A DNA stretch of 57,026 nucleotides from Thermodesulfovibrionales bacterium (GCA_030019415.1 JASEEX010000008.1:1-57026), one strand, 5' to 3'. Shown: positions 16,852 through 26,528, numbered from the stretch's first letter. Numbers and translations are program-made. The notes: generated by a model from the letters alone, not told the origin.

Positions 16852-19530
16852 TCAGGACTCCTTTTGCGGAACAATCCTCACGGCACATATCTTTGTCTCT
16901 AAAGTCTTTGCAGCCGGATCAGGAGAAGGATTAATAAGTTGGTTAATCTCCTTTTCCAAAAGATACATAGTTACTAAACCAGGTGGAGAAGCAGTCGTCA
17001 CCACTGCCTGTCCCTCTATTTCTCCCCAACGCGAAATTACTCTTACCACTTCTCCATTCTTGATCTCAAAATCAGTTGCATCTTTTGGGTTTATATATAC
17101 AAGCCTTTTTGCTCTTAAGGCCTTGAGTCCATCAACTTTCTGTGATAAAATGCCGTCTGAGTAAATATCCCTCTCTGCAATTAAGATCAGTGGGTAATCA
17201 ACATCGGGGACCTCCGCAGGGGGTCTGTATTGTAATGGTGTAAATTTGTACTTTCCATTTTGACCAGTCAAGCTTGTTTCAGCAAGATCAGACCATTTTA
17301 AACTACCTTTTCTCAGGCTGTTGTAAGAGATGTTTCTATATATAGGTGTGACTGATGCAATCTCAGACATAATATCTTCAGGGTTATTAAAATCAAATCC
17401 TCTACTGCCCATCCTCTCTGCTAAATTACAGATAATCTCCCAATCTGGCCTTGAATTGCCAATCGGCTCCATCGCTTTATTGATAATTTGAACCCGTGTC
17501 TCCGTATTTGTAAAAGTTCCATCTTTTTCGGCAAAGCTTGCTGCAGGTAAGATGACATCGGCAAATTGAGCCGTGTCATTTAAGAAGATGTCCTGAAAGA
17601 TGATGAATTCTGCCTTTTTTAATGCCTCCTTAACTTTATGTGAGCCGGCTATATTTGATACAGGATCAGAGCCCATGATATAGAAGGCTTTTATCTTTCC
17701 TTCTAAGGTATCCTGTAGTATTCCGGTGAGGGTTAGCCCGGGATTTGGGTTTAGGTCCTTTCCCCAAATGGATTTAAATCTCTTTCTCATTTCAGGTTGG
17801 TCCACTGCTTGGTACCCAGGATAAAAATCAGGTAGACAACCCATGTCGCAGACACCCTGCGAATTATTGTGGTCCATGAGTGGGTTAATACCATAGGAAG
17901 GCTTTGTAATGTTTCCTGTGAGCATAGATAAATTGATAAGTCCAAGCACATTATCTGTGCCATGAGAGTATTGAGTGAGCCCACTGGACCAGAGTATCGC
18001 TGATGGTTTATTAGTTGCAAAAATCTTCGCAGCCGAAGCAACCTTATCCCTTGAAACACCGGTAATCCTTTCTACTTTTCCAGATGGGAAATCATCTAAG
18101 GAATTTTTGAAGTCCTCAAAATTCTCACACTTTTCCTGGATAAAGGCATTATCGTGTAATTCTCCATCTAAAATTGCTTTGCACATACCCATAAAAAGGG
18201 CTAAATCTGTTCCAGGATAAGGTCTCAGCCATACTTTGGCGAAGCCACATAGGTCAATCTCTATGGGACTGACAACGATGAGTATTGCTCCATTCTCCAC
18301 TGCCTTCTTTACCCTCAACCCTATCACAGGATGGGACTGAGTGATATTTGCTCCCACAATAAGGATACTGGCGGCATTCTCAATCTCACTAATAGAGTTA
18401 GTGAGGGCATTTATTCCGTTTGTCTTAAGAAGAGCAGTAATAGAAGGAGCATCGCATAGTCGAACAGAACTATCAATGTTATTCGTGCCCATTACTACCC
18501 TGGCAAATTTTTGTGCGATATAACTCTCTTCATTAGTGCACTTAGTTGATGCGATAAGGGCAAACTCATCTCCTCGATAATTTTTAAGTTTACTCGCAAC
18601 TAAATCCAATGCTTCATCCCAGGATACTTCTCTGAAAAGTGACGGGTGACGAGTGACGAGTGACGAGTTTTTATTAGAAGATATTCTTATAAGAGGTGAG
18701 GTCAGCCTATCCTGAGAGTTAACAAAACTCAAGCCGAACCTTCCTTTAACGCACAGACGTCCACTGTTAACGGAGCTGTCAGCATCTCCTCTCACATTTA
18801 CAACAACATTGTCACGGATGCCAAGAACGATACTACAACCCACACCACAATAAGGACAGATCGTCTTGACTTCGTGCGAAGGACGGCGAAGATTTTTTGG
18901 TACCAGAGCACCAACAGGACACCTGACCACACATTCTCCACAGGACTCACATCTGGACTGGGCTATGGGCTTGTCTCCGAGCGTGGCTATTTTGGTGGAA
19001 TAACCCCTACCTGCGAAGTCAATAGCACTAACCTTCTGTATTTCCTGACATGTTCTTACACATATCCCGCATAGCACACATTTATTATGATCTCTTATGA
19101 AAAATGGATTTGAGTCATCAAGAGGCAATTCCTCTTTTGGGAATCTCAGATTCTGTTGAATCCTCTTTTTGTCTATCTTCATATAACCCATGATTCTCTG
19201 TAATTCGCACCGTCCCTTTTTAGCGCAATTTTTGCAATCCATGTGGTGATTGGCGATTATCATCTCAATAATCGGCCGCCGCACTTTATCTAATTCAGCG
19301 CTCTTTGTCTTAATGACCATCTCTTCCTTGACAGGTGTTCTGCATGAAGTGACAAGCTTACCATCATCCAGTTCAACAAGACATACACGACAGCTTCCAG
19401 CAGGCTTCAAATCAGGATGGTAGCAGAGATGGGGAATATAAATCTTGTTAGCCAATGCAGTTTCTAAAATGGTAGCACCTTTGTGAGCCATAATATCTTG
19501 ATCGTTAATTTTTATTGAAATCTTTTCCAT
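16852..19530 (-). CDS. FdhA/NuoG-like molybdopterin-family Fe-S protein with atypical active site
   Basis: [2Fe-2S] (C..GSCRVC..C), HHMDCKNC..C, two CxxCxxCxxxC, CPYCGVGC..CVKG; RLCDAPS and PLMDHNNSQG replace the FDH motifs RLCH and PLRGQNNVQG. Confidence 0.85.
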   Translation of the reverse strand: MEKISIKINDQDIMAHKGATILETALANKIYIPHLCYHPDLKPAGSCRVCLVELDDGKLVTSCRTPVKEEMVIKTKSAELDKVRRPIIEMIIANHHMDCKNCAKKGRCELQRIMGYMKIDKKRIQQNLRFPKEELPLDDSNPFFIRDHNKCVLCGICVRTCQEIQKVSAIDFAGRGYSTKIATLGDKPIAQSRCESCGECVVRCPVGALVPKNLRRPSHEVKTICPYCGVGCSIVLGIRDNVVVNVRGDADSSVNSGRLCVKGRFGLSFVNSQDRLTSPLIRISSNKNSSLVTRHPSLFREVSWDEALDLVASKLKNYRGDEFALIASTKCTNEESYIAQKFARVVMGTNNIDSSVRLCDAPSITALLKTNGINALTNSISEIENAASILIVGANITQSHPVIGLRVKKAVENGAILIVVSPIEIDLCGFAKVWLRPYPGTDLALFMGMCKAILDGELHDNAFIQEKCENFEDFKNSLDDFPSGKVERITGVSRDKVASAAKIFATNKPSAILWSSGLTQYSHGTDNVLGLINLSMLTGNITKPSYGINPLMDHNNSQGVCDMGCLPDFYPGYQAVDQPEMRKRFKSIWGKDLNPNPGLTLTGILQDTLEGKIKAFYIMGSDPVSNIAGSHKVKEALKKAEFIIFQDIFLNDTAQFADVILPAASFAEKDGTFTNTETRVQIINKAMEPIGNSRPDWEIICNLAERMGSRGFDFNNPEDIMSEIASVTPIYRNISYNSLRKGSLKWSDLAETSLTGQNGKYKFTPLQYRPPAEVPDVDYPLILIAERDIYSDGILSQKVDGLKALRAKRLVYINPKDATDFEIKNGEVVRVISRWGEIEGQAVVTTASPPGLVTMYLLEKEINQLINPSPDPAAKTLETKICAVRIVPQKES
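18639..18667. repeat. GTGACGA heptamer array (4 units) within the fdhA-like gene
   Basis: gtgacgg gtgacga gtgacga gtgacga g; encodes SSLVTRHPSL between PLIR and FREVSWDEA. Confidence 0.85.
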
Positions 19531-21164
19531 CAGTCACTCCCCTTCCGAACCCTACACACGCCGGATGGACACCTTTTTTCGTATATATGTGCTTCATACT
19601 CATCGCGAAAGTAACGCAGGGTAGTTAGCACAGGGTTAGGGGCCGTCCTGCCGAGACCACAGATGGAACTCCTCCTTATTGCCTCACCTAATTCTATGAG
19701 GAGGTCCATATCCTCAGGCCTGCCCTCGCCTTTAGTTATATCATCTAAAATCTCGAACATCTGTTTTGTTCCCAGCCTGCAAGGGACACACTGACCGCAG
19801 GACTCCCTCCGGGTAAAATCGAGAAAGTAACGTGCTACATCGACCATACAGGTATCTTCGTCCATCACTACCATACCTCCAGAACCCATTATTGAGCCAA
19901 TTTTGGTAAGAGAATCAAAATCTACAGGCGTATCTATCATATCTGCTGGTATACATCCACCAGAAGGTCCGCCTGTTTGAACAGCTTTCAGGGCTTTGCC
20001 TCCTGGTATTCCGCCTCCTATATCGTAGATGATTTTTCGAAGGTTAATCCCCATGGGAACCTCTATGAGACCGCAGTTTACAACCTTACCTGTCAATGAA
20101 AATATAGCAGTACCTTTACTTTTCTCAGTACCTTTTTGAGCAAACCACTCTGATCCATTCGATATTATTAAAGGGATATTGGCAAAGCTCTTCACATTAT
20201 TGAGAAGGGTTGGCCTGTTCCATAATCCTATCTCTGTTGTTCGAGCACGAGGCATCGGCTTAGGTCTCCCCCTCTTCCCCTCGATAGAGCGTACTAATGC
20301 AGTAGATTCACCACAAACAAAAGCACCTGCTCCCTGAAAGATCTCTATATCGAAATCAACCTCACTGCCCAAGATATGGCCACCAAGAAACCTGTTTTGC
20401 CTTGCCTGCTCAATAGCAATCTTTAGCCGCTTCACTGCTAATGGGTATTCTGCCCTCACATAGATAAGGCCGTTTCTGGCCCCTGTGGCATAACCTGCAA
20501 TTATCATCCCCTCCAAGACTGAATGGGGGTTTCCTTCCATAACAGAACGGTCCTGGAATGCTCCAGGGTCGCCTTCATCAGCATTGCATATTACATACTT
20601 TTCTTCACATGTTGTTCTGCGGCATGCCTCCCATTTGAGGCCAGTAGGAAAACCAGCGCCACCAAGACCCCTTAGCCCTGAGCCCTTAACTTCAAGGATA
20701 ATTTCTTCAGGGGTCATTTCAAGAAGGGCCTTACGAAGTGCCTGATAGCCCCCAACAGTAAGATAATCATCAATGTCTTCAGGGTCAATTTTCCCACAAT
20801 TTTTTAGGAGAATTCGTTCTTGTTTACTATAAAATGGAATATCCCGATAATGTGGTATTGGCTTGCCAGTGATAGGTTCTCGATAGAAAAGACGCTCTAA
20901 TGGCTTCCCTCCAAGTAAAATGGAATGGGCAATCTCAACGGCATCATCAGGGTTTACTTTTGTATAGAAAAAACCTTCAGGTTCTATTACAACAATAGGT
21001 TCTTGTTGGCAGAAACCTTGACAACCAGTTCGTTTAACATGGATATTTTCTGTGAGGTTCAAATTGCTTACTTCTTTTTCTAAGGAGGAAAAAACTTTTT
21101 CGGCTCCCACAGATATCCCACATGTTCCAAGGCCGACTAAAATACTCTTCTGTTCATTGGTCAT
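19530..21164 (-). CDS. NuoF/HydB-like FMN diaphorase with N-terminal thioredoxin-like Fe-S domain
   Basis: GTCG..GCQGFC; GLRGLGGAGFPTG; NADEGDPG; CGESTAL; GGPSGG; CGQCVPCR..C; no C-terminal 2x[4Fe-4S] domain. Confidence 0.9.
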   Translation of the reverse strand: MTNEQKSILVGLGTCGISVGAEKVFSSLEKEVSNLNLTENIHVKRTGCQGFCQQEPIVVIEPEGFFYTKVNPDDAVEIAHSILLGGKPLERLFYREPITGKPIPHYRDIPFYSKQERILLKNCGKIDPEDIDDYLTVGGYQALRKALLEMTPEEIILEVKGSGLRGLGGAGFPTGLKWEACRRTTCEEKYVICNADEGDPGAFQDRSVMEGNPHSVLEGMIIAGYATGARNGLIYVRAEYPLAVKRLKIAIEQARQNRFLGGHILGSEVDFDIEIFQGAGAFVCGESTALVRSIEGKRGRPKPMPRARTTEIGLWNRPTLLNNVKSFANIPLIISNGSEWFAQKGTEKSKGTAIFSLTGKVVNCGLIEVPMGINLRKIIYDIGGGIPGGKALKAVQTGGPSGGCIPADMIDTPVDFDSLTKIGSIMGSGGMVVMDEDTCMVDVARYFLDFTRRESCGQCVPCRLGTKQMFEILDDITKGEGRPEDMDLLIELGEAIRRSSICGLGRTAPNPVLTTLRYFRDEYEAHIYEKRCPSGVCRVRKGSD

Positions 21165-21627
21165 TCTTAACTCCTTCAATCACGGGAGGAAATAGCTCAT
21201 CGACTTTTTCTGAGGTCATTTCACCTACGACGTCCATATTTACCCGTATACATGGCGCAAGGGCACAACAACCAAAACAGGCAACGGTCTCGAGGGTATA
21301 CTCAAGGTCATCTGAGGTTTCCCCCTCTTTTAAGCCAATCGTTTTTTCTATCCTGTTAAGGATTTGAGGTGCACCTCGAATATGACATGCAGTTCCCCTG
21401 CATACTGCAATTCGCTTCCTCCCTAAAGGTAAAAGTCTGAACTGTGCATAGAAAGAGGCGACAGAGTAAACATGGCTTTCAGGAACACCGATAAATTTTG
21501 CAATATCTACCATTGACTTCTCTGGCAGATAACCAAGATTATCCTGCACCTCCTGAAGAATAGGTACAAGCTCGCCCCTATCACCTCGATAGGATGCTAA
21601 AATCTCTTCTAAAAGCTCCTCTTCCAT
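21154..21627 (-). CDS. NuoE/HydC-like [2Fe-2S] subunit
   Basis: VASFY, CRGTACH, CFGCCALAP. Confidence 0.92.
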   Translation of the reverse strand: MEEELLEEILASYRGDRGELVPILQEVQDNLGYLPEKSMVDIAKFIGVPESHVYSVASFYAQFRLLPLGRKRIAVCRGTACHIRGAPQILNRIEKTIGLKEGETSDDLEYTLETVACFGCCALAPCIRVNMDVVGEMTSEKVDELFPPVIEGVKNDQ

Positions 21628-21635
21628 ATCTTTAA

Positions 21636-21866
21636 CTAACGAGCCTTGGGTCTAACCCAATCTTCAGGAACCCATGGCCTCTTAGCCTCAAGATTTCTAT
21701 CAAAGCTTAAAGAAATACACACCGCACGGCAGATACCGCATCTATTGCACTTATCTGTGTCGGCATAAACGTTATTATCTCTCTCAGATATACTTATTGC
21801 CCCTGTAGGACAGCTAACCTCACAGAAAGGTGATACACAGTATTTATAGCAAATTAAATTCAGCAT
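21636..21866 (-). CDS. Small 4Fe-4S ferredoxin-like protein
   Basis: CYKYC..PFCEVSCPTGAI, CNRCGICRAVC; AAGGAGG RBS. Confidence 0.8.
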   Translation of the reverse strand: MLNLICYKYCVSPFCEVSCPTGAISISERDNNVYADTDKCNRCGICRAVCISLSFDRNLEAKRPWVPEDWVRPKAR

Positions 21867-21876
21867 CTTTACCTCC

Positions 21877-23442
21877 TTATCCTAAGATTTTTTCTACTTC
21901 TTTCATGTCTGCTTCCATTACATATGGTATGCCAGAGACATCCGCTGCTTCGCGAGTAAGGGACATCAAGTCACCTCTATCTACTAAATTAAGAACAAAT
22001 TTACGAGCCCCTGCCATGAGCTGCTTGAGCCCCACCGCGAGTCTGTCATAATAAGTATAGACACCTATTGCTGCTGGAGGTATTTTCTTAAAATCTCCCC
22101 CATATTTTTCCTTGAGCGCTGCGGCACCGGCAAAGGTGCGAAGAAGGGCATCCTCATATTCCCTGCCCTTTCCATAAGTCTCTTGTAGAAGTTTTCCCTG
22201 CGTCTTTCCTACCATGCCTGCTGTGAGGGTAGCCCGCCCCATACATACCGCTTTCACGTAAGGGGCTCCAAGTGCTATAGCCTTGAAAATCTGGTCCTCA
22301 AGGACAATACCACCAGCTATGGCGACGCTGGGGATAAATTTACCCTTTTCTTCGAGTCTTTTTAAAAATTTATAAAGGAGGCTTTCGAGATAGACCGTGG
22401 GGATTCCCCATTCATTCATCATCCGCCAGGGGCTCATACCAGTCCCTCCGCCGGCTCCATCCACAGTTAGAAGGTCTATTCTGGCCTCCGATGCAAACTT
22501 CACTGCACGGGCTAAATCTGCTGGCCTGTAAGCACCTGTTTTGAGGGTAACATACTTAGCACCTATACTCCTCAGCCTTTCCACCTCTTCTAAGAATGAT
22601 TCTTCATCTACCATTCCGAGGCGGGAATGCCTCTCAAATTCTGGTATCCCTCCAAGTTTATGTGCCTCCTGGACTACAGGATTCTCAGGGTCAGGGATAA
22701 CGATATATCCCCTTTGCTTAAGTTGTATCGCCCTTTCGAGGATTGGTAGCTTAACCTCCCCACCAATGCTCTTTGCCCCTTGTCCCCACTTTATTTCGAT
22801 ACCTTCAACCCCGAGCTTCTCTATCGCATATTCAGGGACGCCGAGACGGGTATCCTCCACATTTGCCTGAATGAGCATCGTCCCATAGCCTTCATACCAA
22901 TCCTTGTAAACCTTTACCCTTCTTTCAAGTTCAGGGGATCTCGAGATCCCTCCATTTCTAAACTCTGCATTTGGGTCCATTCCGCAAACATTCTCACCAC
23001 AGACAAGGACGGATCCACTGATAGCTATGCCAATGGCAGTACCTTCCCAGTTTACCCTCGCTATTTCAGTCGAACCGAGGGCTCCAGTGAAGAAAGGGAC
23101 TTTCATCGGAATTCTTTTTCCATCAGTCCCAATCTCTGAAGACACACTCACAGCAGGGAATGTGGCCTTGTCAGGGTCGGGCTCAATACCCATAGCCCCG
23201 ACACATGTGCCCTGAATATTGAAGTGCGAAAAATCTACTGGATAGTCCTTTTCTGACCCGGAGATAACCTTTCCAAAAGGCTGCGGGTAAATAACCTCCC
23301 TTCCCCGAAGGGCAGATCTTCCAACCTCGCAGTAACCAGGACAACCATCCACACAGTTAACGCATAACCCGGAGGTAGGCGAAGGCGCTACCCTCGTCGT
23401 TGTTACAGTTGCTGCACTTGCATTTGGCTTACTTAGACTCAT
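21877..23442 (-). CDS. Stand-alone FMN-binding glutamate synthase family protein
   Basis: IEIKWGQGAKSIGGE, LKTGAYRP, DGAGGGTG, AIAGG, LGAPYVKAVCMGR; N-terminal CVNCVDGCPGYC; no amidotransferase domain. Confidence 0.88.
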   Translation of the reverse strand: MSLSKPNASAATVTTTRVAPSPTSGLCVNCVDGCPGYCEVGRSALRGREVIYPQPFGKVISGSEKDYPVDFSHFNIQGTCVGAMGIEPDPDKATFPAVSVSSEIGTDGKRIPMKVPFFTGALGSTEIARVNWEGTAIGIAISGSVLVCGENVCGMDPNAEFRNGGISRSPELERRVKVYKDWYEGYGTMLIQANVEDTRLGVPEYAIEKLGVEGIEIKWGQGAKSIGGEVKLPILERAIQLKQRGYIVIPDPENPVVQEAHKLGGIPEFERHSRLGMVDEESFLEEVERLRSIGAKYVTLKTGAYRPADLARAVKFASEARIDLLTVDGAGGGTGMSPWRMMNEWGIPTVYLESLLYKFLKRLEEKGKFIPSVAIAGGIVLEDQIFKAIALGAPYVKAVCMGRATLTAGMVGKTQGKLLQETYGKGREYEDALLRTFAGAAALKEKYGGDFKKIPPAAIGVYTYYDRLAVGLKQLMAGARKFVLNLVDRGDLMSLTREAADVSGIPYVMEADMKEVEKILG

Positions 23443-23575
23443 CTTCTTCCTCCTTAATTAAGTTGAAAGTTAAAAGTTTAAAGTTAGGACATGTCCCCCA
23501 GACCACATTGTCACCCGCATAGAGTAAGTCTATGAGGTTGTCGAGGTCATCTATGCCAGATGATATTTGACTCAT
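23429..23575 (-). pseudogene. N-terminal remnant of a KaiC/RAD55-like-domain protein fused to heptamer repeats
   Basis: MSQISSGIDDLDNLIDLLYAGDNVVW, then repeat-derived NFKLLTFN; not in ORF track; family call from recall. Confidence 0.5.
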
Positions 23576-23579
23576 AATA

Positions 23580-23633
23580 GGTAAACGGTTACCTTTTGAC
23601 AATCATTTTAAAGATTCGCAGAATATTTTTCAA
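23580..23633 (-). promoter_or_regulatory. sigma70 promoter plus candidate NrpR operator
   Basis: TTGAAA-N17-TAAAAT (23633-23605), followed 11 nt later by GGTAACCGTTTACC (23593-23580). Confidence 0.65.
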
Positions 23634-23726
23634 GATGGTTCCTGCACTGCCTTCTTTTTTCTCGACGGTATGCAAAATGACTTTTGATGGTACTCGAAAA
23701 GAATTATTGTCCCCAGGAACTGCAAT

Positions 23727-24332
23727 TTGATAAACTTCCCCATGTTCAATAATCAAGCAGCTGAACTCACATTAGAAAAAAAATTGTACCAATTAGTTAT
23801 CAGCAGGCTTGATGGATACAATATCCATTCTCAGGCGTATAAGGAAAAGATATTTAAACTCGTAGAAAAAGGAATTGGTGGATTCGTAATCTTTGGTGGA
23901 AGAAGAAATGAGATAAAGGGTTTCATTAACAAAATCCAGTCCATCTCAGAGATTTCTTTATTCATAGCATCAGATGTTGAATGTGGCGTGGGGCAGCAGA
24001 TCAAGGATGCAACCCTATTTCCATGCCAGATGGCTATGGCAGCGGCAATCGGTAGAAATATACCCGGAGATGTCATACCCCCTGGAAATACAATAAAGGC
24101 TATAGCTCAGGAATCGACAGATATTGGAATAAATATGCCCCTCATTCCGGTCCTGGATGTTAATCAAAATCCTGATAATCCAATTATCTGCACAAGGGCC
24201 TTCTCTGACAATCCTGAGGATGTGGCGTGGTTCGGCTCAGAGTATATAAGAATATTGGAGGGATCAGGCCTTATAAGCTGTGCCAAGCACTTTCCAGGAC
24301 ATGGAGATACGGCTGCAGATTCTCATATATCC
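23727..24332 (+). pseudogene. nagZ: GH3 beta-N-acetylhexosaminidase (NagZ-like), 3'-truncated
   Basis: ASDVECG, PVLDVN.NP.NPII..RAF, KHFPGHGDT..DSH, then an abrupt switch into AmpG sequence. Confidence 0.8.
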
Positions 24333-25003
24333 TATCAACATTTTTGGGTTCCGAACCAGAGGAGAGAATAACTCCTCCTTTTAGCCTCCAGGAGGCTGTA
24401 TTAGGTCCGTTAAAGGATTATTTTTCGAGAAACGCTACCATTCCGCTGCTATTTTTAATAGTGCTCTACAAGTTAGGAGATGCCTATGCAGGTGTCTTAA
24501 CCACAGCCTTTCTTATAAAGGGCATCGGGTTTTCGGCAAGCGAGATAGGTACAATAAACAAAGGGCTTGGCCTCGTCTCCCTGATAGCAGGTGCCATGTT
24601 CGGAGGCTCCTTAATGGTACGCCTTGGCCTTTTCCGCTCTTTACTCAGCTTTGGCATATTGCAGGCATTATCCAATCTCTCATTCGTGTTTCTCACATGG
24701 ATAGGTAAGAGTTACGGGATGCTGATTTTTGCTGTTGCCTTCGAAAATCTGAGTGGTGGTATGGGCACGGCAGCCTTTATTTCACTCCTTATGGCAATGT
24801 GCAATCATCGCTACACAGCAACACAATATGCACTGTTGTCATCCCTTGCTGCCCTTGGGCGGATATTTATCGGCCCCACTTCTGGTTTTGTGGCTGAAGC
24901 ACTGGGCTGGGCCGGCTTCTTTTTCATTACAGCTCTGTCGGCTCTGCCCGGATTGTGGCTTTTGTGGTGGCTACGTCATGAGGTATCAGCTTTGGAAAAG
25001 TAG
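24328..25003 (+). pseudogene. ampG: C-terminal half of AmpG muropeptide permease
   Basis: LYKLGDA, FENLSGGMGT.AF, TATQYALLSS; N-terminal half absent. Confidence 0.8.
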
Positions 25004-25076
25004 AAGGGGTTAGTATATCTGAGAGTGGTTTGATATAATTGCGGAGGCCCTATGGACGAGATAATCAAAGAGGATC

Positions 25077-25985
25077 ATGAAAATGAAGACTATTGATATT
25101 CATACCCATGGCATAGGTGGTTATGATATAAGAACGACTGCTGAGGAGGACATTCTTAAAATAGCAGAAATACTTGGCTCCTACGGAGTCTCAGAAATCA
25201 TACTCACCGTATACTCTGCTCCCTTAAAGGTAATGATGGAAAGTATGATGGCAGTCAAAAAGGCAATGGAGAAGCAAAAAGACATTTCAAATCCCCCACC
25301 CCCCTTTTCTAAAAGGGGGCATGGGGGGATTAATCACCCATCACGAATAATCGGCGTTCATCTTGAAGGACCCTTTCTGAATCCATCAAAATGCGGTGCC
25401 CTCAATGCAATGACATTCATCGAACTAACAGAGTATAACCTCAGGGAACTCCTTGAAGGTTTTGAGGATATTGTAAAGATAATAACTATTGCACCAGAGA
25501 TAAAGGGGGCTACAGGGTTTATCAAAAAGATATCAGATAGGGGAATCATTGTCAGCATGGGTCATTCTGATGCGACCTTCTCAGAAGCAGAGGCTGGTCT
25601 TAATGCAGGGGCGAGAGGTATCACGCACATCTTCAATGCAATGCGAGGTTTTCATCACAGAGAGCCTGGAATTGCTGGTTTTGGCCTTTTAAATAAGGAC
25701 ATTTATATTGAGGTTATAGCAGACCCCTTTCATTTACACCCAAAGACACTGGAGCTGATATTCAGAACAAAGAATCCCGGAAGGATAATAATTGTTTCTG
25801 ATTCAGTAAAAGAGACACCCTCCCCCTCACTCCCTCCCTTTGCTATTACTGATACTCAAGGCAGACTTCGGGGTGGCTCGATGACAATTGTTGAATCCTC
25901 AAAGAGATTAATCCAGATGGGATTTGACAAAGTCGTTATTATGGGATGTATAACTACGAATCCCGAAAGATACCTATCAGTGTGA
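25077..25985 (+). CDS. nagA: N-acetylglucosamine-6-phosphate deacetylase (compact)
   Basis: DIHTHG, HLEGPF, GHSDA, THIFNAM, VSDS; carries a hairpin-derived insert. Confidence 0.85.
   Translation: MKMKTIDIHTHGIGGYDIRTTAEEDILKIAEILGSYGVSEIILTVYSAPLKVMMESMMAVKKAMEKQKDISNPPPPFSKRGHGGINHPSRIIGVHLEGPFLNPSKCGALNAMTFIELTEYNLRELLEGFEDIVKIITIAPEIKGATGFIKKISDRGIIVSMGHSDATFSEAEAGLNAGARGITHIFNAMRGFHHREPGIAGFGLLNKDIYIEVIADPFHLHPKTLELIFRTKNPGRIIIVSDSVKETPSPSLPPFAITDTQGRLRGGSMTIVESSKRLIQMGFDKVVIMGCITTNPERYLSV
25290..25331. repeat. C/G-rich hairpin inserted in frame in nagA
   Basis: AATCCCCC-ACC-CCCCTTTT-CT-AAAAGGGG-GCAT-GGGGGGATT; encodes NPPPPFSKRGHGGI. Confidence 0.65.
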
Positions 25986-26001
25986 ACCCGGGTTTTTAAA
26001 C

Positions 26002-26527
26002 TCACGGTGGTATCATCTTACCCAGAATCACCTCATGGGTGGCTCCTGTTGCAGAGGGAAGGTTTCCGGGCTTTAGATTCAGGGTTTGATATCCCAGGAT
26101 AGCAAAATTGATTGCCTCCTTAGACTCAGGAGGGAGTTGATCCTGCCTTTCTTCCAGACGGTGGGATATGGTATATATTCTGACCATGAGAGGCGATGGC
26201 ATCTATGTCTTCTGGTCTGAATTCCGTACCTTTAAGGAGAGTCAAAGCAGCCCTCGCAAAGACCTCTCCTAATTTAAAATTCAATCTACAAATATGCTCA
26301 ACATTGCCTTTAAATGCCATTCCTATCTCATTTCTTAAAGATCTGTTAAAAGGCAGATGAATATGGTTGATGAGCTTAATCTTTATCTTATTGGAGTTAT
26401 ATCCTTCACTTATTTTATTATTCAAACCTTCTCTTATCTCTACGAGAGCAGCATCGACGCCGTCATGGGATGTCCCTGACATGAGACCTATAATCCTTGC
26501 ATTTCTCTTTTTTGCAATCTTGAACAA
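26002..26527 (-). pseudogene. anmK: Anhydro-MurNAc kinase with large internal deletion
   Basis: GLMSGTSHDGVD..SHGQ..H..GST joined out of frame near 26134 to the C-terminal KEA..FA.L..PGNLPSATGA..VILG. Confidence 0.88.
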
Positions 26528-26528
26528 A

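Noticed and set aside
16852-21627. Canonical formate dehydrogenase, hydrogenase or complex I
   Set aside because: FDH catalytic His/Arg are absent, there are no H-cluster or NiFe motifs, and no membrane Nuo subunits.
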